NCBI GenBank assembly: GCA_963747235.1
Contig: CAVVEU010000008.1
Coordinates: 672,001-736,000 of the forward strand
Reading direction: 5' to 3'
Source of the DNA: an uncultured Candidatus Rokubacteria bacterium
GTDB lineage: Bacteria; Methylomirabilota; Methylomirabilia; Rokubacteriales; CSP1-6
DNA length: 64,000 nucleotides
In this document: piece after piece, positions 8,378-18,196 of the stretch
How positions within the stretch are numbered: position 1 is the stretch's first letter
Layout: every line of letters begins with the position of its first letter
Notes under the pieces: generated by a model
What the model was told of the DNA's origin: nothing
Database searches by the model: none
What the model saw: only the letters and a program-made list of their open reading frames with translations
Position numbers and translations under genes: made by a program

Positions 8378-8839
8378 ATGAGAGTCCTGCCCGCCGCGGC
8401 GGTCCTGGTCTGGCTCGGCATCATGGCGTTCTTCGCCGCGGTCATCGCGCCCGCCGCCTTCGCCACGCTCGATCGCGAGGCGGCCGGCCGCTTCGTGAGC
8501 GCGGTGTTCCCGCGCTACTACGCGGTGGGCGCGGCGCTGGGCGCGCTCGCGCTGGCCGGCCTCGGCCTCCGGCTCGCGCTCGGCCCCCGCCGGCCCTGGG
8601 ACGCGCTGCCGCTCCTGCTGGTCGCGGTGATGCTGGGCACCACGCTCTACGCCTGGCTGGTCGTGCTGCCCGCCGCGCACGCGGCCCGCGAGGCGCTGCG
8701 CCAGAGCGCGGCCGTCCCGGGCGCGGTGTCCACGGAGGCGCTGGCCTTCGCGCGCCTGCACCGGCTCTCCGGCCTGCTGAACGGCGCGGCGATGCTCGCG
8801 GGCGTCCTGACGCTGGCCGCGGTGGGGTGGAGGCGTTGA
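8378..8839 (+). CDS. DUF4149/TMEM205-like membrane protein
   Basis: Four TM segments; APAAF, AGRFV..VFPRYY, FARLHRLS..LN. Confidence 0.8.
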   Translation: MRVLPAAAVLVWLGIMAFFAAVIAPAAFATLDREAAGRFVSAVFPRYYAVGAALGALALAGLGLRLALGPRRPWDALPLLLVAVMLGTTLYAWLVVLPAAHAAREALRQSAAVPGAVSTEALAFARLHRLSGLLNGAAMLAGVLTLAAVGWRR

Positions 8840-9213
8840 GCCGGGCCTTCGAGCCGCTGGGCTTCGATCACGTGGTGCTCCACGTCCGCGACCAGGCCGC
8901 GTCGGAGCGCTTCTACGTGGACCTGCTCGGCTGCACACTCGACCACGTGAACAAGCCGATCTCGCTCGTGCAGCTCCGCTTCGGCGAGCACCTGATCGAC
9001 CTGCTGCCCGGCGAGCGCGCCGCGGGCGGCGGCCTGGACCACTTCTGCCTCTCGATCCGCTGCGACGACCTCGGGCGCGTCCGCGACGAGCTCCGGGCGC
9101 GCGGGGTGACGGTGGACGGCGACGTGGTGCAGCGGCGCGGGGCGTTCGGCTCCGGACCCTCGCTCTACATCCAGGACCCGGACGGCTACCGGATCGAGCT
9201 CAAGCCCCGCTGA
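8836..9213 (+). CDS. VOC/glyoxalase family protein
   Basis: DHVVLHVRD...FY, LDHFCL, SLYIQDPDGYRIELK; TTG start overlaps upstream stop. Confidence 0.88.
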   Translation: MSRAFEPLGFDHVVLHVRDQAASERFYVDLLGCTLDHVNKPISLVQLRFGEHLIDLLPGERAAGGGLDHFCLSIRCDDLGRVRDELRARGVTVDGDVVQRRGAFGSGPSLYIQDPDGYRIELKPR

Positions 9214-9766
9214 CCGTCCCGCCGACGGCAAGCGTCAGGAGCGTGCGGACGATCTGCTCGGCGGTGACCGCCCCGCCGTCGGTCGCGGCCTGGAGCAGGC
9301 ATCCCTCGGCCGCTCCCACGATCACCGCGGCGACCGCGCCCGCGTCCATCCCGGCGCGGAACGCGCCGGCGCGCACGCCTTCCACCAGGATGTCCTCCAG
9401 GGAGAGGCGGATCTGCTCGCGCTGCCAGGCGAGGGTCAGCCGGAACTGCTTGTCGTGCCGCGCCCGCATCCAGCCGTGGAGGAAGAGGCCCGAGAAGTCG
9501 GGATCGCTCTCGCCGTAGGCCCCGAAGAGGATCTCCATCGCGCCTTCGAGCTTCACGCGCGGCGCGCCCGGGCCTCTCGCCACGCGGGCCAGCTCCGCCA
9601 CGATCGGCAGGCCGCGCTGCTCGACCTGGCTCGCCGCGGGCGCGCCGGGGGCCGAGGTCATGGGCGGGGCGGCGGGAGCCGGCACCGGAGCCGCGCGGGC
9701 CCGACGGGCGCGGGAGCGGATCCGGCGACGGGGACGGGCGGGGCGGCGGGGTTTCCGCTTCTTCAC
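9200..9766 (-). CDS. TetR C-terminal (BetI-like) domain protein without an obvious HTH
   Basis: ILVEGVRAGAFR...AAVIVGAAEG resembles a TetR ligand domain; N-terminus is Arg/Pro/Ala low complexity. Confidence 0.55.
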   Translation of the reverse strand: MKKRKPRRPARPRRRIRSRARRARAAPVPAPAAPPMTSAPGAPAASQVEQRGLPIVAELARVARGPGAPRVKLEGAMEILFGAYGESDPDFSGLFLHGWMRARHDKQFRLTLAWQREQIRLSLEDILVEGVRAGAFRAGMDAGAVAAVIVGAAEGCLLQAATDGGAVTAEQIVRTLLTLAVGGTVSGA

Positions 9767-9777
9767 ATCCGGGCAGG

Positions 9778-10152
9778 TCAGTTCCCGGAGGACACGAACT
9801 GGAAGGACTCGATCTCCACGCGGAAGCGGCGCTCGGAGCCCGGGGACGACATGCGGACCTCGAAGGCCGAGGAGCCTCGCGACGGCACGACGCCGAAGAC
9901 GTAGGCGCGGCCACGGCTCACCACGCGGCCGTTCTCGTCGAGCCCCTCCACGCCCACGACGACGCGCTCGCAGGACGCGTTGGTCCCGTTCCGCACCTCG
10001 CCGTAGATCAGGACGCGCCCGCTCCCCACCCGCTCGGTGGTGAAGCTGACCGCCAGGCGCGAGGAGGATTGCGGGGTGTAGGTCTGGGCCCGGACGGCCG
10101 GGGCGAGCGCGAGGAGGATCCCCGCCGCCGCGAGCAGGGCGCGGCGGGTCAT
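9778..10152 (-). CDS. Exported FxLYD-like domain protein
   Basis: Signal peptide; GEVRN...VEGLDENGRVV...VP....FE pattern; ATGA overlap with the permease gene. Confidence 0.6.
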   Translation of the reverse strand: MTRRALLAAAGILLALAPAVRAQTYTPQSSSRLAVSFTTERVGSGRVLIYGEVRNGTNASCERVVVGVEGLDENGRVVSRGRAYVFGVVPSRGSSAFEVRMSSPGSERRFRVEIESFQFVSSGN

Positions 10153-11381
10153 TCGTACCGGAGCGCGTCGATCGGATTGAGGCCGGCCGCCTTGCGCGCC
10201 GGATAGAATCCGAAGAAGATGCCGACCGCGGCCGAGAAGCCGAAGGCGAGCAGGATCGCGTCGAACTGCAGCAGGGTGCGCCACTCCGCGAAGTAGGCGA
10301 TCGCGTAGGAGCCGAGCAGGCCCGCCCCGACGCCGATGACCCCGCCGATCAGCGACAGGGTCACCGCCTCGACCAGGAACTGGGTGAGGATGTCCTTGCC
10401 GCGCGCGCCCACCGCCATGCGGAGGCCGATCTCCCGCGTCCGCTCGGTCACCGAGACCAGCATGATGTTCATGATACCGATGCCGCCCACCAGGAGCGAG
10501 ACCGACGCGATGGCGGCCAGCAGGACCGTGAGCACCCGCGAGGAGGCCTCCTGCGACTGGAGCACCTCGGCCAGGTTGCGGAGGTTGAAGTCGTCTTCCT
10601 GGTGGGGCTGGAGACGATGGCGCTGTCGCAGCAGCTCGCGGATCTCGTGCTCCGCCTCCTTCATGAGGCCCGCGTCCCGGATCTTGATGCTGATGGTGCC
10701 GACCGCGCGTCCCTTGGCCTGGTTGCCGCCCACGACCTTGGTCTTGGCGGTGGTGAGCGGGATCAGGATCTGATCGTCCTGGTCCTGTCCCCAGGTCGTC
10801 TGCCCCTTGCGATCCATGAGCCCGATGATGGTGAAGGGCACCTTCTTGATCCGGATCACCTGGCCGAGCGGGTCTTCCTCGCCGAACAGGTTCTGCGCCA
10901 CCGTCTGCCCGACCAGCGCGACCTTGGACGCGCCCTCGACCTCCTCGCGCGTCAGCGAGCGCCCGGCGATGACCTCCCAGTCGCGGGCCGCGAGGTACTC
11001 GGGGGTCACCCCCAGGATGGTGGTGGACCAGTTGAGATTGGAGTAGACGACCTGGGCGTCGCCGCGAACGGAGGGGGCGACCACCTCGACGAGCGGGATG
11101 TCGCGCTCGATGGCCAGGGCGTCGTCCTCGGACAGGGTGGCCTGGGCGCCGGCGCCGAGCCGCACGCCGCCCAGGTTCACGGTGCCGGGCCAGATGATGA
11201 TGAGGTTCGAGCCGAGGCTCTGGATCTGCTCGGCCACGCGGGCCTGCGCCCCCGCGCCCACCGCCACCATGGTGATGACCGCGCCCACCCCGATGACGAT
11301 GCCCAGCATGGTGAGCGCGCTCCGCAGCTTGTTGACCCGGAGGGCCCGCACCGCGATGCGCGCGCTGGCGAGGACGTTCAT
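10149..11381 (-). CDS. MacB-family ABC transporter permease
   Basis: LRSALTMLGIVIGV, GGIGIMNIMLVSVTERTREIGLR, FFGFYPARKAA. Confidence 0.95.
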   Translation of the reverse strand: MNVLASARIAVRALRVNKLRSALTMLGIVIGVGAVITMVAVGAGAQARVAEQIQSLGSNLIIIWPGTVNLGGVRLGAGAQATLSEDDALAIERDIPLVEVVAPSVRGDAQVVYSNLNWSTTILGVTPEYLAARDWEVIAGRSLTREEVEGASKVALVGQTVAQNLFGEEDPLGQVIRIKKVPFTIIGLMDRKGQTTWGQDQDDQILIPLTTAKTKVVGGNQAKGRAVGTISIKIRDAGLMKEAEHEIRELLRQRHRLQPHQEDDFNLRNLAEVLQSQEASSRVLTVLLAAIASVSLLVGGIGIMNIMLVSVTERTREIGLRMAVGARGKDILTQFLVEAVTLSLIGGVIGVGAGLLGSYAIAYFAEWRTLLQFDAILLAFGFSAAVGIFFGFYPARKAAGLNPIDALRYE

Positions 11382-12157
11382 GGCGAGGCGACCTCCGGCT
11401 CCAGGTCCTCCTCCTCCTGCTCGTCTCCGCGGGGCAGGCTGGCGAGCTGCTCGCGCGCCACGAGCCGGTCGCGGATCTCCTCGTCCCGGATCAGCCGCCC
11501 GTCGCGGAAGCCCAGCGCGCGGCCCGCGTAGCGCGCGATGTCGGCTTCGTGGGTCACCACCACCACCGTGATGCCCTCCCGGTTGAGATCCTGGAAGAGC
11601 GCCATGATCTCCACGCTGGTATGCGAGTCGAGCGCGCCGGTGGGCTCGTCGGCCAGGATCAGGACCGGATCGTTGATGAGGGCGCGCGCGATGGCCACCC
11701 GCTGCTGCTGCCCGCCCGAGAGCTGGGCCGGGTGATGGTGCTCCCGCTCGGAGAGGCCGACCGCGGCCAGCTTGGCGCGCGCGCGGGCCTGCCGGTCGCG
11801 GCCCTGGATCGCGCTGTAGAGCAGGGGCAGCTCCACGTTCTCGAGCGCGGAGGTGCGCGGCAGCAGGTTGAAGGTCTGGAACACGAAGCCGATCTTCTCG
11901 TTGCGCACGCGCGCGAGCCGGTCGCGGCCCATGCTGGAGACGTCGAGGCCGTCGAGGCGGTACTGGCCCGCGGTCGGAGTGTCCAGGCAGCCGAGCAGGT
12001 TCATGAAGGTGGACTTGCCGGAGCCGGACGGCCCCATCACCGCCACGAACTCCCCCGGCTGGATGGAGATCGAGACCTTGCGGAGCGCGTGAATGCGCCG
12101 CGTGCCGAGGTGGTAGTCCTTCACGAGATCCTCGGTCGCGATGAGGGCCTCGGGCAT
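11378..12157 (-). CDS. MacB/LolD-type ABC ATP-binding protein
   Basis: [34 protein letters not shown]. Confidence 0.95.
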   Translation of the reverse strand: MPEALIATEDLVKDYHLGTRRIHALRKVSISIQPGEFVAVMGPSGSGKSTFMNLLGCLDTPTAGQYRLDGLDVSSMGRDRLARVRNEKIGFVFQTFNLLPRTSALENVELPLLYSAIQGRDRQARARAKLAAVGLSEREHHHPAQLSGGQQQRVAIARALINDPVLILADEPTGALDSHTSVEIMALFQDLNREGITVVVVTHEADIARYAGRALGFRDGRLIRDEEIRDRLVAREQLASLPRGDEQEEEDLEPEVASP

Positions 12158-12158
12158 C

Positions 12159-13546
12159 TCAGAGCCGGAGGCGCGGCGCGCCTTGCGGTTGCTGCTGGCC
12201 GGTCACCCGGGACCACGACGCCCACGATCACCTGCTGGCCTTCCTTGAGCTCGCCCTTGGCCACCTCGGTGTAGGTGCCGTCGCCGATGCCGAGCTGGAG
12301 CGCGAGCACGGCCGGCTTGCCGTCCGGCCCGAGCACCCACACGCGCCCGGCGGGCGCCCCGCCCGCGCGGCCGCCCCCGCCGCCCGGCCGGGCGGGCCGC
12401 TCACGCTCGGGGGCTTCCATCCCGGGCGGCCGGAACCGAAGCGCCGCGTTCGGCACCTGGAGCACGCTCTCCTTCTGGTCGATGATGATCCGCACGTTGG
12501 CGGTCATGCCGGGCAGGAGCCGCTGCTCGGGATTCTTGGCGGTCACCACCACGTCGTAGGTGACGACGTTCTGGACGACGAGCGGGGCCTTCCGGATCTG
12601 GACGACCTCGCCGGTGAAGGTCCGGCCCGGGAAGGAGTCCACCGTGAAGGTGGCGGTCTGGCCGACCTTGACCCGGCCCACGTCGGCCTCGTCCACGTTG
12701 GTGTCCACCTGCATGTTGCGCAGGTCCTGGGCGATCGTGAAGAGCGTCGGCGCCTGGAGGCTCGCCGCGACGGTCTGGCCCACGTCCACGCTGCGGCCCA
12801 CCACGGTGCCGTCCACCGGGGCGCGAATGAAGGTGCGCTCGAGGTCCACCTGCGCCTGGCGCAGGGCCGCCTGGTTCTGCACGACGCTGGGCCACCGCGT
12901 TCTTCAGCATCGCCTCCGAGACGCGAAGCTGCGCCTCCGCCGCCCGCACCGCCGAGACCTGGGCGTCTTCCTGGGCCTTGGAGGCCTCGACCTGGGCCAT
13001 CGCGGAGTCGTAGGCGGCCTGGGCGGTGTCCTCGTCGGCCTGCGCGATGAGGCCGCGCTGGCGCAGGTCCTGGTTGCGGCCGAGCGTGCGCTTGGAGTCG
13101 ACGACCGTGACCTGGGACTTGGCGGTGTTGGCCCGCGCGGCCGCGAACGCGGCGCGGGCGTTCTCGAGATCCGCGCGCGTCTTCTCCACCACCGCCTGCT
13201 GGTTCAGCACCGAGGCCTGGGCCGCGTCCACCTGCGCCTTCACCTGGCTCACCTTCGCCTCGTAGGTCTCGGGATCGATGCGGGCGATGACCTGGTCCTT
13301 CTTGACCTGCGAGTTGAAGTCCGCGAGGAGCTCCTTGACCTGCCCGGAGATCTGGGAGCCGACCAGCACCGTGATGACCGCGTTGAGCGTGCCGGTGGCC
13401 GAGACCGCGGAGGTGAGCGGACCGCGCGAGACCGCCGCGGTGCGGAAGGCGGGGCGGGCCCCGATGCCCTGGGTATAGAGATAGCCCCCGGAGATCACTC
13501 CCGCGGCGACCACGATCCCGACGATCCAGAGCAGGCGGCGTTTCAT
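12159..13546 (-). CDS. MacA-like periplasmic adaptor (frameshift near 12887, possibly another near the 3' end)
   Basis: VGSQISG, coiled coil, IRAPVDG, GQTVAASLQAPTLF, PGMTANV across ORFs 12401-13546 and 12121-12882. Confidence 0.85.
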
Positions 13547-13577
13547 GATGGTCAGACGCGCCGGGGGCGCGGCCTAT

Positions 13578-15026
13578 TTACCGGCGGCCGAGGGACCGCT
13601 CCAGGTTGGCGATGGCGATCCGGTAGTCGGAGAGGGCCTGCGCCTCGGTGGACTGGGCCTGGGTGAGGGCGAGCTGGGCGTCGGTGAGCTCGATGATGTT
13701 GGCGACGCCCGCGTCGAAGCGCCCGCGGGCGAGCTGGTAGTTCTCCTCGGCGGACTCCACCGCCTTGCGGGCGGCGCCGATGCGCTCCTCGGCCTCGCCC
13801 AGGTTCAGGTACGACTGCTCGACGCTCTGCCAGACCTGCAGCTCGGTGTCGCGCACGCGGGCCAGCGCGGCCTCGAGGTTGGCCTTGGCTTCCTTGTAGC
13901 GGGCGACCTTGCCGCCGCCGTCGAAGATGGACCAGTTCAGCGAGAGGCCGACCTGCCACTCGTTGCCGGAGTCCGTGAAGCCGCTGGTGGATCGGGCGTT
14001 GGAGGCGGGGAGGCCGGTGACGCCGGTGATCCCGTAGGTGCCGCTGCCGACCAGGTTCGGAAAGAAGTCCCGGAAGGTCTGGCGGACGAAGGCGTCGGAC
14101 GCCTCCGCCTGGGCCTTGACCTGGCGGTACTCCGGCCGGTTCTTGAGCGCCTCGCCGACCAGCGCGTTGCGGTCCATCGGGAACTGCTGGTAGGCGAGGG
14201 TGTCCTTGACCTCGGTCGGCGCGTTGATCGCGATGCCCATCGCGGTGTTGAGCGCGACCCGCGCCAGGCTCACCGCGTTCTGGGCGCGGATCACGTTGAC
14301 CCGCCCGTTGGCCACGTCCACCTCGGCGCGCGTCACGAACGACTTGGGCTGGGTGCCGACCTGGAAGAAGCCCTGCGCGCTACGCAGGTTCACCTCGGCC
14401 CGGTCGAGCGCGCCCACGTTCACTTCGACCAGGCGCTTCGAGAGGAGCAGCGTGTAGTACTGGGTCTTCACGAGCTGGGAGATGTCGAGCTTCTGCGCCT
14501 CGAGCACCTCCTTGATCGCCTCCGCGCTCGACTTCGCGACGTCCTTGGCCGCCCACGTCCGGCCGAAGTCGAAGAGGAGCTGGGACGCGGTGACGCTGGT
14601 GGAGCCGAAGTCGCCGGTGTTGGCGGCCCCGGTCAGCGAGGTGATGGACCGGGCCCGGCCCAGGCTGCCGGCGCCGGAGAGCTGGGGCAGCAGGGGCGCC
14701 AGCGCCTGGTTCACGCGCTGCTGGGACGCCACGTAGTCGCCGATGCGCGCCACGATCTTCGGCGCGTTCTCCATCCCGATGTTGACCGCCTCCTCCAGCG
14801 TCAGCTCGCGGCCGATCAGCTCCTGCGGGGTCGCGAACGGGCGGATGCCCGGCGGGGCGGGCAGGGGCTCGCGCGTCGGCATCGGCGCCGCGGTCGGAGT
14901 GGGCGGAGGCGGCATCGGCGTGACCGGCGGCGCGGGGGCGGGCGTCTGGGCCGCGGCGAGCCCGGGGAGCGCGGTCGCCAGGGTCAGCGCCAGGACGAGA
15001 GAACGGGGGAAGTGCGGGCGGATCAT
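13578..15026 (-). CDS. TolC-family outer membrane efflux protein
   Basis: Signal peptide, Pro-rich linker, LTLEEAV, LFDFGR, RFDAGVANIIELTDAQ. Confidence 0.9.
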   Translation of the reverse strand: MIRPHFPRSLVLALTLATALPGLAAAQTPAPAPPVTPMPPPPTPTAAPMPTREPLPAPPGIRPFATPQELIGRELTLEEAVNIGMENAPKIVARIGDYVASQQRVNQALAPLLPQLSGAGSLGRARSITSLTGAANTGDFGSTSVTASQLLFDFGRTWAAKDVAKSSAEAIKEVLEAQKLDISQLVKTQYYTLLLSKRLVEVNVGALDRAEVNLRSAQGFFQVGTQPKSFVTRAEVDVANGRVNVIRAQNAVSLARVALNTAMGIAINAPTEVKDTLAYQQFPMDRNALVGEALKNRPEYRQVKAQAEASDAFVRQTFRDFFPNLVGSGTYGITGVTGLPASNARSTSGFTDSGNEWQVGLSLNWSIFDGGGKVARYKEAKANLEAALARVRDTELQVWQSVEQSYLNLGEAEERIGAARKAVESAEENYQLARGRFDAGVANIIELTDAQLALTQAQSTEAQALSDYRIAIANLERSLGRR

Positions 15027-18000
15027 GCCATGTCTCCCTGCAGCACGGGCGCGCCCTCCAGCGCCGGGACCCGGCGTGGGAAGCGCTCCTCGAGCATCAC
15101 GTAGAGCGTTGGGATCAGCACCAGGGTCAGCATCGTGGAGATCGTCAGGCCGCCGATGACCGCGCGGGCGAGCGGGGCGTTGGCCTCGCTGCCCACGTCG
15201 ATGCCCAGGGCCATCGGAATCAGACCGACCACGGTGGTGAGGCTGGTCATGATGATGGGCCGGAGCCGCGTGCGCCCCGCCCGCATCACCGCCTCGTGCA
15301 GCCCGAGGCCGTGGCGCCTCAGCTCGTTGATGTACTCCACCAGGAGGACACCGTTGGATACCACGATCCCGACCATCATGATGATGCCCATGAAGGACGT
15401 GACGTTGAGCGTGGTGTTCGTCAGGAACAGGGCCCAGATGACGCCGATCATCCCGAGCGGGACCGAGAACATGATGATCAGCGGGTCGAGCAGGGACTTG
15501 AACTGCGAGGCCATGACCATGTACACGAGCATCAGGGCCAGCAGGGACGTGAACTTCAAGCTGCTGAACGCTTCGCGCTGCTGCACGGTCTGGCCGCCGA
15601 GCTGCACCGAGAAGCCCGGCGGCAGCCCCATGGTGCGGAACCGCTCCTCCAGGTCCGCGCTGATCGCGCCGAGGTCGCGGCCGGCCGGGTTGGCGTTGAT
15701 CTTCACGATGCGCTGCTGGTACTTCCGCTCGAGCATCACCGGTCCGGTGCCCTGCCGGATCTCGGCCACGCTGCCGAGGGTCACCGGGCGCCCGCCGTCG
15801 CCGATCACGAAGAGACGGCCGAGGTCGGCGGCGGCGGACCGGAACGGCTCGTCGAGCTGCACGACCATGTTGTACTGGTTGCCCGTCCGCGGATCGGTGT
15901 AGATCGACGGGTTGACGCTCACGTTGCTGTTGAGCGAGAAGAGCGCGGTCTGCGCGATGTCGCGCTGGGTCAGGCCCGCGGTCGCCGCCTTCTCCCGGTC
16001 CACCACGATGTCGAACTGGGGGTAGTTCTCCTCGCGGCTGATGAACACGTCGGCGATGCCCTGGACCTCCTGCATCACGCGGGCGACCTCCAGGGCGGTG
16101 GCCTGGGCCGCCTTGAGGTCGTAGCCGAGCTGCTCCACCTCGATCGCGGATTGCGAGCCGGTGTTCAGCACGCGGCTGACGATGCCCCCGAAGACGACCT
16201 GCATGGTGGTGCCCGGGAACTGGCCGGAGAGCTGGGGGCGCACCGCCGCGACGATCTCCCGGTCGCTGCGCGTCCGCTTGTCGGGGGTGTTCAGGTAGAC
16301 CTGGAGCTGGGCCGCGTGGGGCCCGGTGTTCTGGGAGAACACGCCCGAGCGTCCGGTGGGCACGCCCACCGTGGAGACCACCGCGTTCACCTCCTCGGGC
16401 TTGAGGGTGGAGCGGATGATGCCTTCCATCCGGGCCACCGTCCGCTCCGTCTCCTCGACCCGGGTGCCCACCGGGGCCCGGATGCGGATGATGAACTGGC
16501 TCTCGTCGGACGGGGGGAAGAACTCGGTGCCGATCAGCGGCACCAGCGCGCCCGCGCTCACCACCAGCACCGCGATCGCGCCGATGAGCTGCGCGCGGTG
16601 GCCGAGGGCCCAGCCCAGCACCCGCTGGTAGAACTCGTCGAACCGCTCCAGCGCGCGCCCGGTCACCGCGAGTCCCCGCGTGTACAGGTTGCGCGGGCGC
16701 TCCGCCAACGGCCGCTCCGGCTTGAGCCAGTGCAGGCAGAGCAGCGGGGTGACGGTGCGGGAGACCAGGAACGAGGCGAAGAGCGAGAACGAGATCGTGA
16801 AGGTCAGGGGGATGAAGAGGAGGCGCGACTGGCCTTCCAGGAACACGGTGGGCAGGAACACCACGATGGTGGTGATGGTGGAGACGAAGATCGGCATCGC
16901 CACCTCGCGGGCCGCGTCGAGCACCGCGGGGCCGCGGGCCTTGCCCGGGATGTTGAGGTGCCGGTTGATGTTCTCGAGCTCCACGATGGAATCGTCGAGG
17001 AGCCGGCCGACCGCGAGGGCGAGGCCGCCCAGGGTGAAGACGTTGAGCGTCTGCCCGAGCATGAACATCGCGACCAGGGTCAGCAGGAGCGAGAGGGGAA
17101 TGGCGATCGAGATGATGATGGTGGAGACGAACGAGCGCAGGAAGAAGAGCACCACGAAGAACGCGAGCAGCGAGCCGACCGCGGCCTCGTGCCAGAGGCT
17201 CGTGATGGACTGCCGGATGTAGATCGACTGGTCGAGCGTCATGCGGATGTTGACACCCGCGGGCAGCCCGGTCAGCCTGGGCAGCTTCTCCTTGACCGCG
17301 TCCACCACGTCCACCGTGTTGCCGCCCGGCTGCTTGTTGACGCGCAGGTACACCGCGCGCTCGCCGTTGACCCGCACCACCGACTGCTGGGTCTCCCAGG
17401 AGTCCTCGACGCGGCCCAGGTCCCGCAGCCGGATCTGGGTGCCCCCGACGCGGCGGACGATGATGTTCTCCATGGGCTCGACCACGGAGAACTGGTTGTT
17501 GGTGAAGACGTTGTAGTCGAGGTTGCCGAGCTTGAGGTCCCCGGACGGCAGCAGGAAGTTCGAGTCGTTGACCGACCGGGCCACCTCGGTGACCGAGATG
17601 CCCTTGGCCTGGAGCAGGTCGCGGTTGAGGTTCACCGTGATCTGCCGGATCTTGCCGCCGTCCACGTTGGCGGAGGCCACCCCGGGGAGCTGCTCGAGCT
17701 GGGGCTCCACCGTGTTGTAGGCGAGGTCGTAGAGCTGCTTCTCGTCGAGCCCGCCGCCGGTGATGGTGACGAGGCAGACCGGGATGTTGGAGAGATCGAA
17801 CTTGAGGATGAACGGCTGCTGCACGCCGGTGGGCAGCGTGGTCATGATCTGCTGGATCCGCTGCGCGACCTCGGTGAGCCCGGCGTCGAGATCCGAGCCC
17901 CACACGAACTGGACGGTCACCACCGAGAAGCCCTGGCGCGAGCGCGACTCCACGTAGCGCACGTTCGCCACCGCGGACACCGCCTTCTCGATCGGGTACG

Positions 18001-18190
18001 TCACGGTGCGCTCCACGTCCTGGACGTTGGCGCCCTTGTAGACGGTGCCGATCTGGATGGACGGGTAGTTGATGTTCGGGAAGAGGTCGATCGGCATCTT
18101 GCCGAGCGACGTCGCCCCGAGCACCACGATGGCCAGCGAGGCCATGAGGATGGCGATGCCGTTCCGGAGCGCGATGAGGGTCAGCCACAT
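15023..18190 (-). CDS. RND efflux permease (AcrB/AcrD/AcrF family)
   Basis: 1055 aa; DDSIVELENI, RLRPIIMTSLTT, APLARAVIGG. Confidence 0.95.
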   Translation of the reverse strand: MWLTLIALRNGIAILMASLAIVVLGATSLGKMPIDLFPNINYPSIQIGTVYKGANVQDVERTVTYPIEKAVSAVANVRYVESRSRQGFSVVTVQFVWGSDLDAGLTEVAQRIQQIMTTLPTGVQQPFILKFDLSNIPVCLVTITGGGLDEKQLYDLAYNTVEPQLEQLPGVASANVDGGKIRQITVNLNRDLLQAKGISVTEVARSVNDSNFLLPSGDLKLGNLDYNVFTNNQFSVVEPMENIIVRRVGGTQIRLRDLGRVEDSWETQQSVVRVNGERAVYLRVNKQPGGNTVDVVDAVKEKLPRLTGLPAGVNIRMTLDQSIYIRQSITSLWHEAAVGSLLAFFVVLFFLRSFVSTIIISIAIPLSLLLTLVAMFMLGQTLNVFTLGGLALAVGRLLDDSIVELENINRHLNIPGKARGPAVLDAAREVAMPIFVSTITTIVVFLPTVFLEGQSRLLFIPLTFTISFSLFASFLVSRTVTPLLCLHWLKPERPLAERPRNLYTRGLAVTGRALERFDEFYQRVLGWALGHRAQLIGAIAVLVVSAGALVPLIGTEFFPPSDESQFIIRIRAPVGTRVEETERTVARMEGIIRSTLKPEEVNAVVSTVGVPTGRSGVFSQNTGPHAAQLQVYLNTPDKRTRSDREIVAAVRPQLSGQFPGTTMQVVFGGIVSRVLNTGSQSAIEVEQLGYDLKAAQATALEVARVMQEVQGIADVFISREENYPQFDIVVDREKAATAGLTQRDIAQTALFSLNSNVSVNPSIYTDPRTGNQYNMVVQLDEPFRSAAADLGRLFVIGDGGRPVTLGSVAEIRQGTGPVMLERKYQQRIVKINANPAGRDLGAISADLEERFRTMGLPPGFSVQLGGQTVQQREAFSSLKFTSLLALMLVYMVMASQFKSLLDPLIIMFSVPLGMIGVIWALFLTNTTLNVTSFMGIIMMVGIVVSNGVLLVEYINELRRHGLGLHEAVMRAGRTRLRPIIMTSLTTVVGLIPMALGIDVGSEANAPLARAVIGGLTISTMLTLVLIPTLYVMLEERFPRRVPALEGAPVLQGDMA

Positions 18191-18196
18191 GGCGCG

